Part shown: positions 17,399-25,983 of the stretch, one piece after another
Position numbering within the stretch: the stretch's first letter is position 1
Layout: each line of letters opens with the position of its first letter
Source of the DNA: an uncultured Bacilli bacterium
GTDB taxonomy: Bacteria; Bacillota_I; Bacilli_A; RFN20; CAG-826
Direction of reading: 5' to 3'
Length of the DNA stretch: 64,000 nt
NCBI GenBank assembly: GCA_905235705.1
Contig: CAJOML010000002.1
Span: 3,485 to 67,484, forward strand
The notes under the pieces: generated by a model
What the model saw: only the letters and a program-made list of their open reading frames with translations
Databases searched by the model: none
What the model was told of the DNA's origin: nothing
Position numbers and translations under genes: made by a program

Positions 17399-19331
17399 AG
17401 CACGCGCGAATAAAAACGCAAAGCGCTTAACCCGCAAAGAAACTTTCTTTATGCTCGGCCGTGTGTTAAAGAGGATGTTTTCCAATTACCCCATCCAAAT
17501 CACGGCTACCGTCATCTGCATTTTGCTTTCCTCGGGCGCATCCGTGGCGGGCAACTATTTTATCGGTTCCGTTTTAATCGATAGTTTCATCCTTTCTTCC
17601 ATCAAAGGAGAGCCGACTTCCTTCCTTGGCATTCCCATGAGCTTAGAAGGGGCAATCGGCATCTTGATCGCCATCTATGCCGTTGGCATCGTTGCCTTAT
17701 TCGCCTATCAAATCCTTGTCTCGGTGATTGGACAAGGGACGCAAAAGAAGATCCGTGATGAGCTTTTTGAACACATGGAGACCCTTCCTTTATCCTATTT
17801 CGATACACGTACCCACGGGGATTTGATGTCGATTTACACCAACGACATCGACACCTTGCGTGAAATGATCTCGCGCGTCTTGCCCACTTTATTACAGTCT
17901 TTCATCTCCATGGCTCTTGCCTTCGTGATGATGGCGATTCTAAGTTGGGCGATGCTGCTAGTCGTTATCCTTTTCTTCATCATTATCTTTGTTTTTGTCG
18001 CCAAGGTGTCCAAAAAGTCGTCCAAATATTTTATCGGCCAGCAACGTCAACTCGGAGCCGTGAATGGCTTTATTGAAGAAATGACGACCGGACAAAAGGT
18101 CATCAAGGTCTTTAATCACGAAGAAGCCGCCAAAGAAGGATTCGATGAGCTTAATGAAGGCCTATATAACTATATGACCAATGCCGCTAAGTTCTCCAAT
18201 ATCATGGGACCTGTCGTCAATAATCTTGGGAACTTACAGTTTGTTGTCTTGGCTCTTGTCGGCGCCCTTCTTATCGTCGGTAACGAGACGGGCGTCATTC
18301 CCACCAGCGTCTTATCCACCGGTCCTGGCACTATCGTTAGCTTCCTTTCCTTAGGAAAGCAATTCGTCATGCCGATTGGCCAAATTTCGATGAATATCAA
18401 TATGGTCATCATGGCCATGGCTGGTGCCCAACGCATCTTTGAAATGATGGACGCTCCCTCTGAAACCGATAACGGCTATGTCGTTTTGGTTAATGCCAAA
18501 GAAGATGAAAACGGCGAACCCGTCGAATCCGAAGAAAAGACCGGTCACTGGGCTTGGAAACACACTCATGGCGACGGGCACACCACTTATACCTGGCTAA
18601 AAGGGAAAATCGACCTCTATGATGTCGACTTCTCTTATGTCCCGGGAAAGAAAGTTCTCTCCGGCATCACTTTATATGCCAAACCTGGTCAAAAAGTCGC
18701 TTTCGTCGGGCCGACTGGGGCAGGGAAGACGACCATCACCAATTTGCTTAACCGCTTCTACGACATCGATTCCGGCAAAGTTCGTTTCGATGATATTAAC
18801 ATCTCGAAAATCAAGAAGCCGGATCTTCGCCGTGCCCTTGGTATGGTTTTACAAGAAACCAACCTTTTCACCGATACGGTCCTCGAAAACATTCGTTATG
18901 GTAATCCCGATGCGACTAGAGAAGACGTCATACGTGCAGCTGAACTTGCCAATGCCGACGGCTTTATCCGCATGTTGCCTAACGGCTATGACACCGTCTT
19001 AGAAGCGGCCGGGGCCGGATTATCGCAAGGGCAAAGACAGCTCCTTTCTATTGCTAGGGCCGCCTGCGCCAACCCACCTGTCCTTGTTCTAGATGAAGCT
19101 ACCTCTTCCATCGACTCTCGTACGGAGAGGCTTGTCCAACAAGGCATGGACGCGATTATGAAGGGGCGTACCGTCTTCGTCATCGCCCACCGACTCTCCA
19201 CCATTCAAGACGCCGATGTCATCATGGTTTTGGAAAACGGCTCGATTATCGAACGCGGCAACCACGAAGATTTGCTAAAGCAAAAAGGCAAATATTACCA
19301 ACTTTATAACGGTGGCAAAGTTCTCGATTAA
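17385..19331 (+). CDS. ABC exporter, fused permease/ATPase, subunit 2 (heterodimer partner)
   Basis: Start at MPPIKARANK (17385), after GGAGGAGG. Walker A GPTGAGKTT, signature LSQGQRQL, Walker B VLVLDEATSSID. Confidence 0.9.
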   Translation: MPPIKARANKNAKRLTRKETFFMLGRVLKRMFSNYPIQITATVICILLSSGASVAGNYFIGSVLIDSFILSSIKGEPTSFLGIPMSLEGAIGILIAIYAVGIVALFAYQILVSVIGQGTQKKIRDELFEHMETLPLSYFDTRTHGDLMSIYTNDIDTLREMISRVLPTLLQSFISMALAFVMMAILSWAMLLVVILFFIIIFVFVAKVSKKSSKYFIGQQRQLGAVNGFIEEMTTGQKVIKVFNHEEAAKEGFDELNEGLYNYMTNAAKFSNIMGPVVNNLGNLQFVVLALVGALLIVGNETGVIPTSVLSTGPGTIVSFLSLGKQFVMPIGQISMNINMVIMAMAGAQRIFEMMDAPSETDNGYVVLVNAKEDENGEPVESEEKTGHWAWKHTHGDGHTTYTWLKGKIDLYDVDFSYVPGKKVLSGITLYAKPGQKVAFVGPTGAGKTTITNLLNRFYDIDSGKVRFDDINISKIKKPDLRRALGMVLQETNLFTDTVLENIRYGNPDATREDVIRAAELANADGFIRMLPNGYDTVLEAAGAGLSQGQRQLLSIARAACANPPVLVLDEATSSIDSRTERLVQQGMDAIMKGRTVFVIAHRLSTIQDADVIMVLENGSIIERGNHEDLLKQKGKYYQLYNGGKVLD

Positions 19332-19354
19332 GTCGCTTGGAAAAACAAAGAATC

Positions 19355-19384
19355 AAGGCGGGAAATCAAAATTCCGCCTTTTTC
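19355..19384 (+). terminator. Intrinsic terminator after the ABC operon
   Basis: AAGGCGGGAA ... TTCCGCCTT stem followed by TTTTT. Confidence 0.75.
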
Positions 19385-19402
19385 TGTAACGAAATCGTTA
19401 CA
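19385..19402 (+). promoter_or_regulatory. 18-bp palindrome overlapping the lysS -35 (candidate operator)
   Basis: TGTAACGA-AA-TCGTTACA with perfect 8-bp arms. Its right arm overlaps TTACAA (19398-19403), which lies 16 nt upstream of TACAAT (19420-19425). Confidence 0.4.
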
Positions 19403-19451
19403 AGAAAAGAAAATTCATCTACAATAGAGCGGCTCGTGAGGAGGTTAATGT

Positions 19452-20933
19452 ATGGAAGAAAGACTCAACGACCAAGAGCAAGCGCGTTTCGATAAGCTTG
19501 AAAAATACCGTGAATTAGGTGTGGAGCCTTTCGGCAAACGTTATGACTTCACTCACTCGATCCGCGACATCCGCGCCCAATATGACGAATTAAGCGCCGA
19601 AGAACTCGCCGAAAAGAAAATCGTCGTCGATGTAGCCGGCCGCTTAATGGCAATCCGCCGCATGGGGAAGGCCGCTTTCGTCAACTTAAAAGACGAATAT
19701 GGCAATATCCAGGGCTGGTTAGGAATCGATGTTGTCGGCGAACACGATTACAGTGTTTTCAAATTATCCGACCTTGGCGATATCGTCGGTTTAAAAGGAA
19801 CCTTGATGCGTTCCCGCACTGGCGAACTTACCATCCATGTCGAAAAGTTCACCCATATCTCCAAATGCTTGAAACCTCTCCCCGAGAAATTCCATGGTTT
19901 GACCGATACCGAAGACCGTTATCGTCATCGCTATCTTGATATGATTGTCAACGACGAATCCCGCAAAATCGCCTTAATGAGACCGGCAATTATTAAAGAA
20001 ATACGCCGTTATTGCGACGATCTTGGCTTCGTTGAGGTAGAAACACCTATCCTTTCTCCGATTGCCGGAGGAGCCGCCGCCAAGCCTTTTATTACCCACC
20101 ATAACGCCCTCGACAAAGATTTCTATCTCCGCATCGCCACCGAGCTTAATTTGAAGAAAGCGATGATCGGCGGTATCGACCGTGTTTATGAAATCGGGCG
20201 CATCTTCCGTAACGAAGGCATCGACACCTATCATAACCCTGAATTCACCACCATCGAGCTCTATCAAGCCTATGGCGACCTCCAGTCCATGCGTGAATGG
20301 ACCGAAGGTCTTTTCAAAGACATTGCCAAAAAGGTGGTCGGTTCTGAAAAGGTCGTTTGGGGTGACATCGAAATCGATTTCTCCAAACCCTTCCGTTGGC
20401 TTTCGATGACCGACGCCATCAAAGAACAAGTGGGCATCGATTTCACCAAAGAAATGAGTTTTGAAGAGGCCGTTGCCCTTGCCAAAGAACACAATGTCCC
20501 TTTGGAAAAATCTTGGAATTCCGTTGGTTATATCATCCAAGCCTTCTTCGACGAATTCGTCGAACCCACTTTAATTCAGCCGACCTTCATCCATACTTAC
20601 CCGATTGAGGTCTCCCCATTAACCAAGAAATCACCCGATCCCCGCTTCGTGGAGAGATTTGAATTCTTCATTAATGGCAACGAATTCGGCAACGCTTATT
20701 CCGAATTAAACGATCCTTTCGATCAGAAGGAACGCTTCCTTGCCCAACTTGCCGCCAGAGGCAGGGGTGATGAAGAGGCAAACGATATCGACCAATCCTT
20801 CCTTGATGCAATGCGTTATGGCATGCCTCCCGCCGGCGGCATTGGGGTTGGTATCGATCGCTTGACGATGCTATTTACTAACGTCAAGTCTATCCGTGAG
20901 ATTCTTCTTTTCCCCACGATGAAAGACGAATAA
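19452..20933 (+). CDS. lysS: Lysine--tRNA ligase (class II)
   Basis: 493 aa. OB-fold N-domain and class II motifs (FRNEGID, GIGIDRL). RBS GAGGAGG upstream. Confidence 0.95.
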   Translation: MEERLNDQEQARFDKLEKYRELGVEPFGKRYDFTHSIRDIRAQYDELSAEELAEKKIVVDVAGRLMAIRRMGKAAFVNLKDEYGNIQGWLGIDVVGEHDYSVFKLSDLGDIVGLKGTLMRSRTGELTIHVEKFTHISKCLKPLPEKFHGLTDTEDRYRHRYLDMIVNDESRKIALMRPAIIKEIRRYCDDLGFVEVETPILSPIAGGAAAKPFITHHNALDKDFYLRIATELNLKKAMIGGIDRVYEIGRIFRNEGIDTYHNPEFTTIELYQAYGDLQSMREWTEGLFKDIAKKVVGSEKVVWGDIEIDFSKPFRWLSMTDAIKEQVGIDFTKEMSFEEAVALAKEHNVPLEKSWNSVGYIIQAFFDEFVEPTLIQPTFIHTYPIEVSPLTKKSPDPRFVERFEFFINGNEFGNAYSELNDPFDQKERFLAQLAARGRGDEEANDIDQSFLDAMRYGMPPAGGIGVGIDRLTMLFTNVKSIREILLFPTMKDE

Positions 20934-20954
20934 GCGACAAATTTTGATTCTTAA

Positions 20955-20994
20955 GGCTCCTCCCCCCGTATAAGAAAAGGGAAAGGAGCTTTTT
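20955..20994 (+). terminator. lysS terminator hairpin whose 3' arm contains the RBS of the next ORF; copy A of a repeated motif
   Basis: GGCTCCTCCCC ... GGGAAAGGAGCT imperfect stem followed by TTTT, then the ATG at 20995. The loop carries CCGTATAAGAAAAG (20966-20979), identical to 50734-50747. Confidence 0.6.
20966..20979 (+). repeat. 14-nt motif CCGTATAAGAAAAG, copy A
   Basis: Exact match to 50734-50747. In both copies it is flanked by GGCTCC ... GGAGC arms and lies directly 5' of a start codon. Confidence 0.7.
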
Positions 20995-21435
20995 ATGTCA
21001 GTCATCCAATTTACCAATGCCGAAACCGATTTTCTCTCTTATATCAACGAACTCGTGCACGACTCAACGCGCGTTTATTATAGATATAAGAAAACCTACC
21101 CCATTGACCAGGAAGCGATAGATGAAATCGATCAATATGCCATCATTCTTTTCCGCGCGTGCCTAAATTTGGAATATGAAGAAGAATTCAATCAGTCCTT
21201 ATATCGGGGCTGGAAAGAAGCCGGAGAAGAATATGCCTCAAGGCAATTTTGCGAATTCGTCAACTCGATTATCGAGAAGAAAGCCTATGAAAAATCGGAT
21301 AGACCATACTATCTTTTGCCAAATATGGTGAGTCGAAAGAACCAGATTTTGGAGAAAATTCATAAGCTATCATCGGAAGAAAATGGAAAAATAACAAAAA
21401 TTGGCACTCAACTATTGACAGTGCTAAATATTTGA
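20995..21435 (+). CDS. Hypothetical protein (helical, no family recognised)
   Basis: 146-aa ORF with RBS AAAGGAG 7 nt upstream. Coding-like composition. Its last ~35 nt contain the hsp20 -35 box and the first CIRCE-like element. Confidence 0.5.
   Translation: MSVIQFTNAETDFLSYINELVHDSTRVYYRYKKTYPIDQEAIDEIDQYAIILFRACLNLEYEEEFNQSLYRGWKEAGEEYASRQFCEFVNSIIEKKAYEKSDRPYYLLPNMVSRKNQILEKIHKLSSEENGKITKIGTQLLTVLNI
21401..21427 (+). promoter_or_regulatory. CIRCE-like inverted repeat (imperfect), overlaps the hsp20 -35
   Basis: TTGGCACTC-N9-CAGTGCTAA versus the consensus TTAGCACTC-N9-GAGTGCTAA (2 mismatches). Confidence 0.55.
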
Positions 21436-21442
21436 CTAGAAT
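21415..21442 (+). promoter_or_regulatory. Sigma-70-type promoter of hsp20
   Basis: TTGACA (21415-21420), 16-nt spacer, TAGAAT (21437-21442). Confidence 0.6.
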
Positions 21443-21446
21443 ATGG

Positions 21447-21473
21447 TTAGCACTTGAAAAGAAAGAGTGCTAA
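21447..21473 (+). promoter_or_regulatory. CIRCE element (HrcA operator)
   Basis: TTAGCACTT-N9-GAGTGCTAA, 1 mismatch to consensus. Lies between the -10 box and the RBS AGGAGG of hsp20. Confidence 0.85.
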
Positions 21474-21493
21474 AAAGCTAGGAGGTAATCACC

Positions 21494-21904
21494 ATGCCTT
21501 ATGTAACAAATCCCTATTGGGGAAACTTAATCAACCCTTTATTCTCCGCGATGTGCGAAGATAGCGACGCCGGCAATTTCGGCAACTTGGCCATGAAAAC
21601 CGATGTCTTTGAAAACGAAAACGAATATAAGTTCAACGTCGATCTTCCCGGCATTACCAAAGAAAACATCAAGCTTTCTTACGAAAACGACTATTTGACC
21701 CTCGAAGTCAAAACCGAGACCAAAGCCAAAGAGAAAAATCACTTTGTCCGTCGCGAACGCTTCTCTGGAACCGCTTCACGTTCCTTCTATCTTGAAGGAA
21801 TCGATGTAACGAAAATCTCCGCCAATTTCGAAAATGGCGTTCTCCACATCGTCGTTCCTAAAACCAAAGAAGAAGCAAAGGGCTATATCGTTAAGATCAA
21901 CTAA
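21494..21904 (+). CDS. Hsp20/alpha-crystallin-family small heat-shock protein
   Basis: 136 aa. Alpha-crystallin domain: DVFENENEYKFNVDLPGITKENIKLSYENDYLTLEV ... FENGVLHIVVPK. Confidence 0.9.
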   Translation: MPYVTNPYWGNLINPLFSAMCEDSDAGNFGNLAMKTDVFENENEYKFNVDLPGITKENIKLSYENDYLTLEVKTETKAKEKNHFVRRERFSGTASRSFYLEGIDVTKISANFENGVLHIVVPKTKEEAKGYIVKIN

Positions 21905-21924
21905 CCCAACATATCCTCCCTTAG

Positions 21925-21952
21925 AAGAGGTCCGTGAACGCGGACCTCTTTT
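21925..21952 (+). terminator. Intrinsic terminator after hsp20
   Basis: Perfect 10-bp stem AAGAGGTCCG / CGGACCTCTT with loop TGAACG and a T-run. Confidence 0.85.
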
Positions 21953-21977
21953 AATTACCGAATCAAGTGCTATAATG

Positions 21978-21994
21978 ATACCCCATGGGGGTAT
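21978..21994 (+). promoter_or_regulatory. CsoR-type operator in front of copA
   Basis: ATACCCC-ATG-GGGGTAT, perfect 7-bp arms with C/G tracts. Lies 1 nt after TATAAT (21971-21976) and 2 nt before the copA ATG. csoR is encoded at the end of the operon. Confidence 0.7.
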
Positions 21995-21995
21995 T

Positions 21996-24299
21996 ATGAA
22001 ACGCAAATTTAATGTGAATGGAATGATGTGCGCGGCCTGCGTCAATAACGTAAGCCGGGCCGTAACGAAACTAAATGGCGTTAGTAGCGCCAACGTATCT
22101 TTGCTATCGAAAAACATGGTGGTTGAATACGATCCTAGCGTCGTCGACGAGACGAGAATTATGGCCGCCGTTGTCGGAGCAGGATATGCTTGCTCCATCT
22201 ACGTCAATGAAAGCGTGCGGCAAATCCAGCGTAGACGTGAAGACGAACTTGCCGCAAAGCGCAGCAATTTATTTAAGAGCCTTTTCTTCTTATTGATGCT
22301 GATGATTTTCTCGATGGGACCGATGATTCCACCGATTATGGAAGCGATCGAAAGCTCTGGGAGAATGAGCATCATTTGTGTGCTAAACGTAACTGCACAG
22401 TTTGCCTTCTTGATTCCTATCGTTATCTTAAACCGTTATCACTATAAGTCCGGCTTTAAGAGCCTCTTCAAGCTTCATCCAAACATGGATACTTTGGTCG
22501 CTCTAGGCTCAACGGTCTCCATTATTTATGGAATTGTCAATTATGTGATGATGCTAGTCGCCCATTTAGGCGGAGATGCTGCTCGCGTCATGGCCCTTTC
22601 AATGAATATTTACCTAGAATCGGCAGCTATGATTCCTGTATTTATCTCAATTGGCAAATATTTCGAAGCTAAAGCCACCACCAAAACAACGGCATCCATT
22701 GCTTCGTTAATGGAATTAACCCCTGACACGGCCCTCGTTTATACGGACGGGGAATTCGTCGAAACCTTAACCGAACGCGTCCAGGAAGGTGATTTGATTC
22801 AAGTTAAGCCTGGTATGGCGGTTGCCGCTGACGGGGTCATCGAAAACGGCTTCGGTGACTTAGACGAATCTTCATTAACCGGAGAATCCATGCCCGTTCA
22901 TAAAGGCGCTGGCGATAAAGTTATCGCAGCCACGATTAACCGTGGAGGGACGTTTGAGTTCCGTGTAACTTCCGTTGGTAAAGACACGACCATCGGGAAA
23001 ATCGTTTCTTTAGTCGAGCAAGCTAGCGATTCAAAAGCCCCGATGGCCCGCTTAGCCGATAAAATTTCCTTCATTTTCGTGCCCACGGTCATCGTCCTTT
23101 CCCTTTTGACCTTCGCCGTTTGGATGATCTTAACCGGTGTCGGCGTGGTTGGAGATAAGGGGCTAGACGTGAATCTATCGTTCCAACTCGCCGTCTCCGT
23201 CTTAGTCATTTCTTGCCCATGCGCTTTAGGGCTTGCTACCCCGGTCGCCATCATGGTTGGAACGGGTAAAGGGGCCGAGAATGGATTGTTGATTAAGTCT
23301 GCCGAAGCTTTTGAGGCTTTGGAAAAGGTTGATGTTGTGGTCTTTGATAAGACGGGCACTTTGACCAAGGGCGAAATGAAGGTCACTGATTCTTGGTTTA
23401 AGAAAGATGAATCTAAATTAGGCCTAGCCTTGGCTCTTGAAGAAAAAAGCGAGCATCCATTATCAAAAGCCATTGTCGCGTTTGCAAAAGGGAAAGGGGC
23501 TACCCCAAATGAAATCAAAGACTTTGTTAATGTCCCCGGGAAAGGTGTCGTCAGCGGTTCGAACCTAGTTGGTAATGCCGCTTTAATGCAAGAAAACAAG
23601 ATTGATATTAGCGAGGCAAAAGATTGTTTTGAAGAGTGGTCTGAGAAAGGTTTCACCGTTATTTTCTTTGCCTCAAAGGGGAAATTAGAGGCAATGTTCG
23701 CGGTTGCCGACGAGATTAAAGAAAACGCGAAAGAGACGGTCGAATCTTTGCAAAAAATCGGCAAAAAGGTCGCAATTCTCACCGGAGATAATCAAAAAAC
23801 AGCCAATTATGTCGCTCGCATTTTAGGCGCTGATGAAGTCTTTGCTGAAGTTTTACCAGACCAAAAAGAAAAAGTTGTTGTAGACCTTAAGGCCAAAGGG
23901 TTTAAGGTCGCAATGGTCGGCGATGGAGTTAATGATGCCCCGGCCTTAACTAGTGCCGATGTCGGTATCGCGATTGGGGCAGGAACCGATGTCGCCATCG
24001 AAAGCTCTGACATCATCTTAGTCCGTAGCGATCCTCACGATGTCTATGCCGCGAGCTTGCTTAGCCGCAAGGTCGTCGCCAACATCAAAGAAAACCTTGC
24101 CTGGGCCTTCTTCTATAACATCATCTTGATTCCTTTGGCCGCCGGCGTTTTCTATGGAATCAACGTAAGACCCAACTGGCTAACGGGAAATCAACCTCAC
24201 TTAGTCTTAACCCCGATGATTGCATCGCTTGCGATGTCTTTATCTTCGGTTACGGTTGTTTTAAATGCCTTAAGAATTCGTTCTTTCAAAGCTAAATAA
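21996..24299 (+). CDS. copA: Copper-translocating P1B-type ATPase
   Basis: Start at MKRKFNVNGMMCAACVNNV (N-terminal HMA domain with GMxCxxC). Has CPC in TM6 (VISCPCALG), DKTGTLT and GDGVNDAP. The ORF-track start at 21834 overlaps hsp20 and is rejected. Confidence 0.9.
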   Translation: MKRKFNVNGMMCAACVNNVSRAVTKLNGVSSANVSLLSKNMVVEYDPSVVDETRIMAAVVGAGYACSIYVNESVRQIQRRREDELAAKRSNLFKSLFFLLMLMIFSMGPMIPPIMEAIESSGRMSIICVLNVTAQFAFLIPIVILNRYHYKSGFKSLFKLHPNMDTLVALGSTVSIIYGIVNYVMMLVAHLGGDAARVMALSMNIYLESAAMIPVFISIGKYFEAKATTKTTASIASLMELTPDTALVYTDGEFVETLTERVQEGDLIQVKPGMAVAADGVIENGFGDLDESSLTGESMPVHKGAGDKVIAATINRGGTFEFRVTSVGKDTTIGKIVSLVEQASDSKAPMARLADKISFIFVPTVIVLSLLTFAVWMILTGVGVVGDKGLDVNLSFQLAVSVLVISCPCALGLATPVAIMVGTGKGAENGLLIKSAEAFEALEKVDVVVFDKTGTLTKGEMKVTDSWFKKDESKLGLALALEEKSEHPLSKAIVAFAKGKGATPNEIKDFVNVPGKGVVSGSNLVGNAALMQENKIDISEAKDCFEEWSEKGFTVIFFASKGKLEAMFAVADEIKENAKETVESLQKIGKKVAILTGDNQKTANYVARILGADEVFAEVLPDQKEKVVVDLKAKGFKVAMVGDGVNDAPALTSADVGIAIGAGTDVAIESSDIILVRSDPHDVYAASLLSRKVVANIKENLAWAFFYNIILIPLAAGVFYGINVRPNWLTGNQPHLVLTPMIASLAMSLSSVTVVLNALRIRSFKAK

Positions 24300-24313
24300 A
24301 AAGGAGAAAAACG

Positions 24314-24544
24314 ATGTTTGGAAAAAAGAAAGCCATTGTGTCAGTTGATGGGATGATGTGTTCCCATTGCGCTGCCCACGTTAGCGAAGCCCTTTCAAAA
24401 ATCGAAGGCGTAAGCAGCGTCAAGGTCAGCCTCGAAGAGAAGAAGGCCATCGTCACCTTTAAAGGCGAATTGCCTGAAGAGAAAGTTTCTTCGGCGATTG
24501 CTGAAGCGGGCTACATATATAAAGGAATTGTCTATGAAGGCTGA
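24314..24544 (+). CDS. copZ: Copper chaperone CopZ (HMA domain)
   Basis: 76 aa. VDGMMCSHCAAHVSEAL is a GMxCxxC ferredoxin-like HMA domain. RBS AAGGAG upstream. Confidence 0.85.
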   Translation: MFGKKKAIVSVDGMMCSHCAAHVSEALSKIEGVSSVKVSLEEKKAIVTFKGELPEEKVSSAIAEAGYIYKGIVYEG

Positions 24545-24788
24545 AAAAAGCAGCGTTAACCATCGCCTTGCCATCGTTAGAGGACAGGTGGATGGGGTTA
24601 TCAGAATGGTTGAAGATGACGCTTACTGCGTTGACATTTCGAACCAAATCCTGGCCATTATTTCGGGCCTAAAAAAGGTGAACCAATTGATTCTTTCCGC
24701 CCACCTAGAGCATTGTTTACGTCATGCCCAAGGGGAAGAACTAGATAATAAAATCAGTGAAATCGAGAATTTGCTAAACCGCCTTTAA
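24534..24788 (+). CDS. csoR: CsoR-family copper-sensing repressor
   Basis: Start at MKAEKSS (24534), overlapping the copZ end. RLAIVRGQVDGVIRMVEDDAYCVDISNQILAIISGLKKV...HLEHC matches the CsoR/DUF156 fold with the C-H-C ligand pattern. Confidence 0.85.
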   Translation: MKAEKSSVNHRLAIVRGQVDGVIRMVEDDAYCVDISNQILAIISGLKKVNQLILSAHLEHCLRHAQGEELDNKISEIENLLNRL

Positions 24789-25975
24789 TCCAATAGGCTC
24801 ATAATCGGGATGACTTTATCCTGCAAGCCGCCGACAACGATTAATTTTCCGTTTTGGTTATGTAAGTCGGTTTCGCTTCTAACGCCAAAATCAGGCGCAT
24901 AGATGCCGGGCTCATCCGAGAACGACGTGCCGCTTTCGAGACGTCTAAAATCGTGTGACTCGTAATTGTCCAGGTTGGCTCCTGGACCATGAGGAGAGAC
25001 ATCATCGGAAATATTGTGGCCGACACGGTGGATGAAATATTCACCAAATCCACCTTCGGTGATGATTCTTCTTGCCACATCATCTGCCTCATATCCACAA
25101 ACCTCGCGCTTGAGTAATTCTTCGCTTAGGAAGGAAATTACTCCATCGCGGGCTTTTTTCACTAATTCAAAACGTTCCTCGACGATTTTTGGCACTTCTC
25201 TCCCGCAATATCCCATCCACGTGATATCGGAATAGACCTCGCCTTTTCCCTTAAATTTGGCCCACATGTCAATCAAGACGACATCTCCCATTTTGATACG
25301 GCTATGGGCTTGAGGAGTGGGGGTGTAGTGGGGGTCACTTGCATTTGGCCCAATGGCAACTAGAGGCAACTCATCGAATTCCATTCCTTCTTCTTCGTAA
25401 CGTTTGCCAATGAAAGCTTGGATATCTAATTCGTCCGAATATCCCTTTTGCGATAATTCCAAAGCGATTAAACGGAAAGCCTCGTCTTTGATCTTTAGAC
25501 TCATTTCACAAGCCCGGCGTTGGGATTCTAGTCCCTTTTCGCCAACAACAGCCGTGATCTTTTGGAGCAAGTTTGCCGATGGCAGGATTTTTAAGCCTAG
25601 ACCCTTTAAATATTCAACCGAGCCATAATCGGCTAAAGAGACGCGCGGTAATAACCCGAATTCCGAGATATCCATTAAGATTTTTTGGTATTTACCAATG
25701 AACTCTTTTTCCAGCGCGAGCATCTCTTGCCAGGTGTGATAGACCTTCAAATCGAATTTTTCTAAAGTTGTTTCATCCTTGAGATAGACGGTGTCGATCG
25801 CGTGGGTGATAAGGAAAGGTTTCTCTTCACTGGGGATAACCATGATGATTTTACGGGTGAGCATTTTCTCGCCCAAAATCTTAAGAAGGCTGGGGTTATG
25901 GTTTTCGTAATCGACGATGACCCAAGCATCCGCTCCTTCCTTTTTGATGAGGTTTTGCAGGTTTTTAATATTCAT
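24785..25975 (-). CDS. M24-family Xaa-Pro aminopeptidase/dipeptidase
   Basis: 396 aa. Pita-bread fold metal ligand blocks DVVLIDMWA, HRVGHNI, SDEPGIY. Confidence 0.85.
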   Translation of the reverse strand: MNIKNLQNLIKKEGADAWVIVDYENHNPSLLKILGEKMLTRKIIMVIPSEEKPFLITHAIDTVYLKDETTLEKFDLKVYHTWQEMLALEKEFIGKYQKILMDISEFGLLPRVSLADYGSVEYLKGLGLKILPSANLLQKITAVVGEKGLESQRRACEMSLKIKDEAFRLIALELSQKGYSDELDIQAFIGKRYEEEGMEFDELPLVAIGPNASDPHYTPTPQAHSRIKMGDVVLIDMWAKFKGKGEVYSDITWMGYCGREVPKIVEERFELVKKARDGVISFLSEELLKREVCGYEADDVARRIITEGGFGEYFIHRVGHNISDDVSPHGPGANLDNYESHDFRRLESGTSFSDEPGIYAPDFGVRSETDLHNQNGKLIVVGGLQDKVIPIMSLLD

Positions 25976-25983
25976 AACAGCTC

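Noticed and set aside
19332-19451. Possible T-box or lysine riboswitch leader upstream of lysS
   Set aside because: Only 120 nt, of which ~30 are the upstream terminator. That is too short, and it lacks the T-box sequence or an L-box-like multi-stem architecture.
19974-20540. 188-aa antisense ORF inside lysS
   Set aside because: Shadow ORF opposite the class II aaRS catalytic core. No independent evidence.
21834-21995. Long N-terminal extensions of ORF-track calls (also 10085, 14521, 15105, 17325, 28589, 33447, 35387, 37454, 47694, 56105, 57072)
   Set aside because: The extensions overlap the upstream gene, terminator or promoter and lack family similarity. Internal ATG/GTG codons with good RBS or conserved N-termini were chosen instead.
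22898-23782. 294-aa antisense ORF inside copA
   Set aside because: It lies entirely within a well-supported P-type ATPase gene on the other strand. Its product is a low-complexity S/T/A/P-rich sequence with no RBS. This is the typical shadow ORF of a codon-biased gene.
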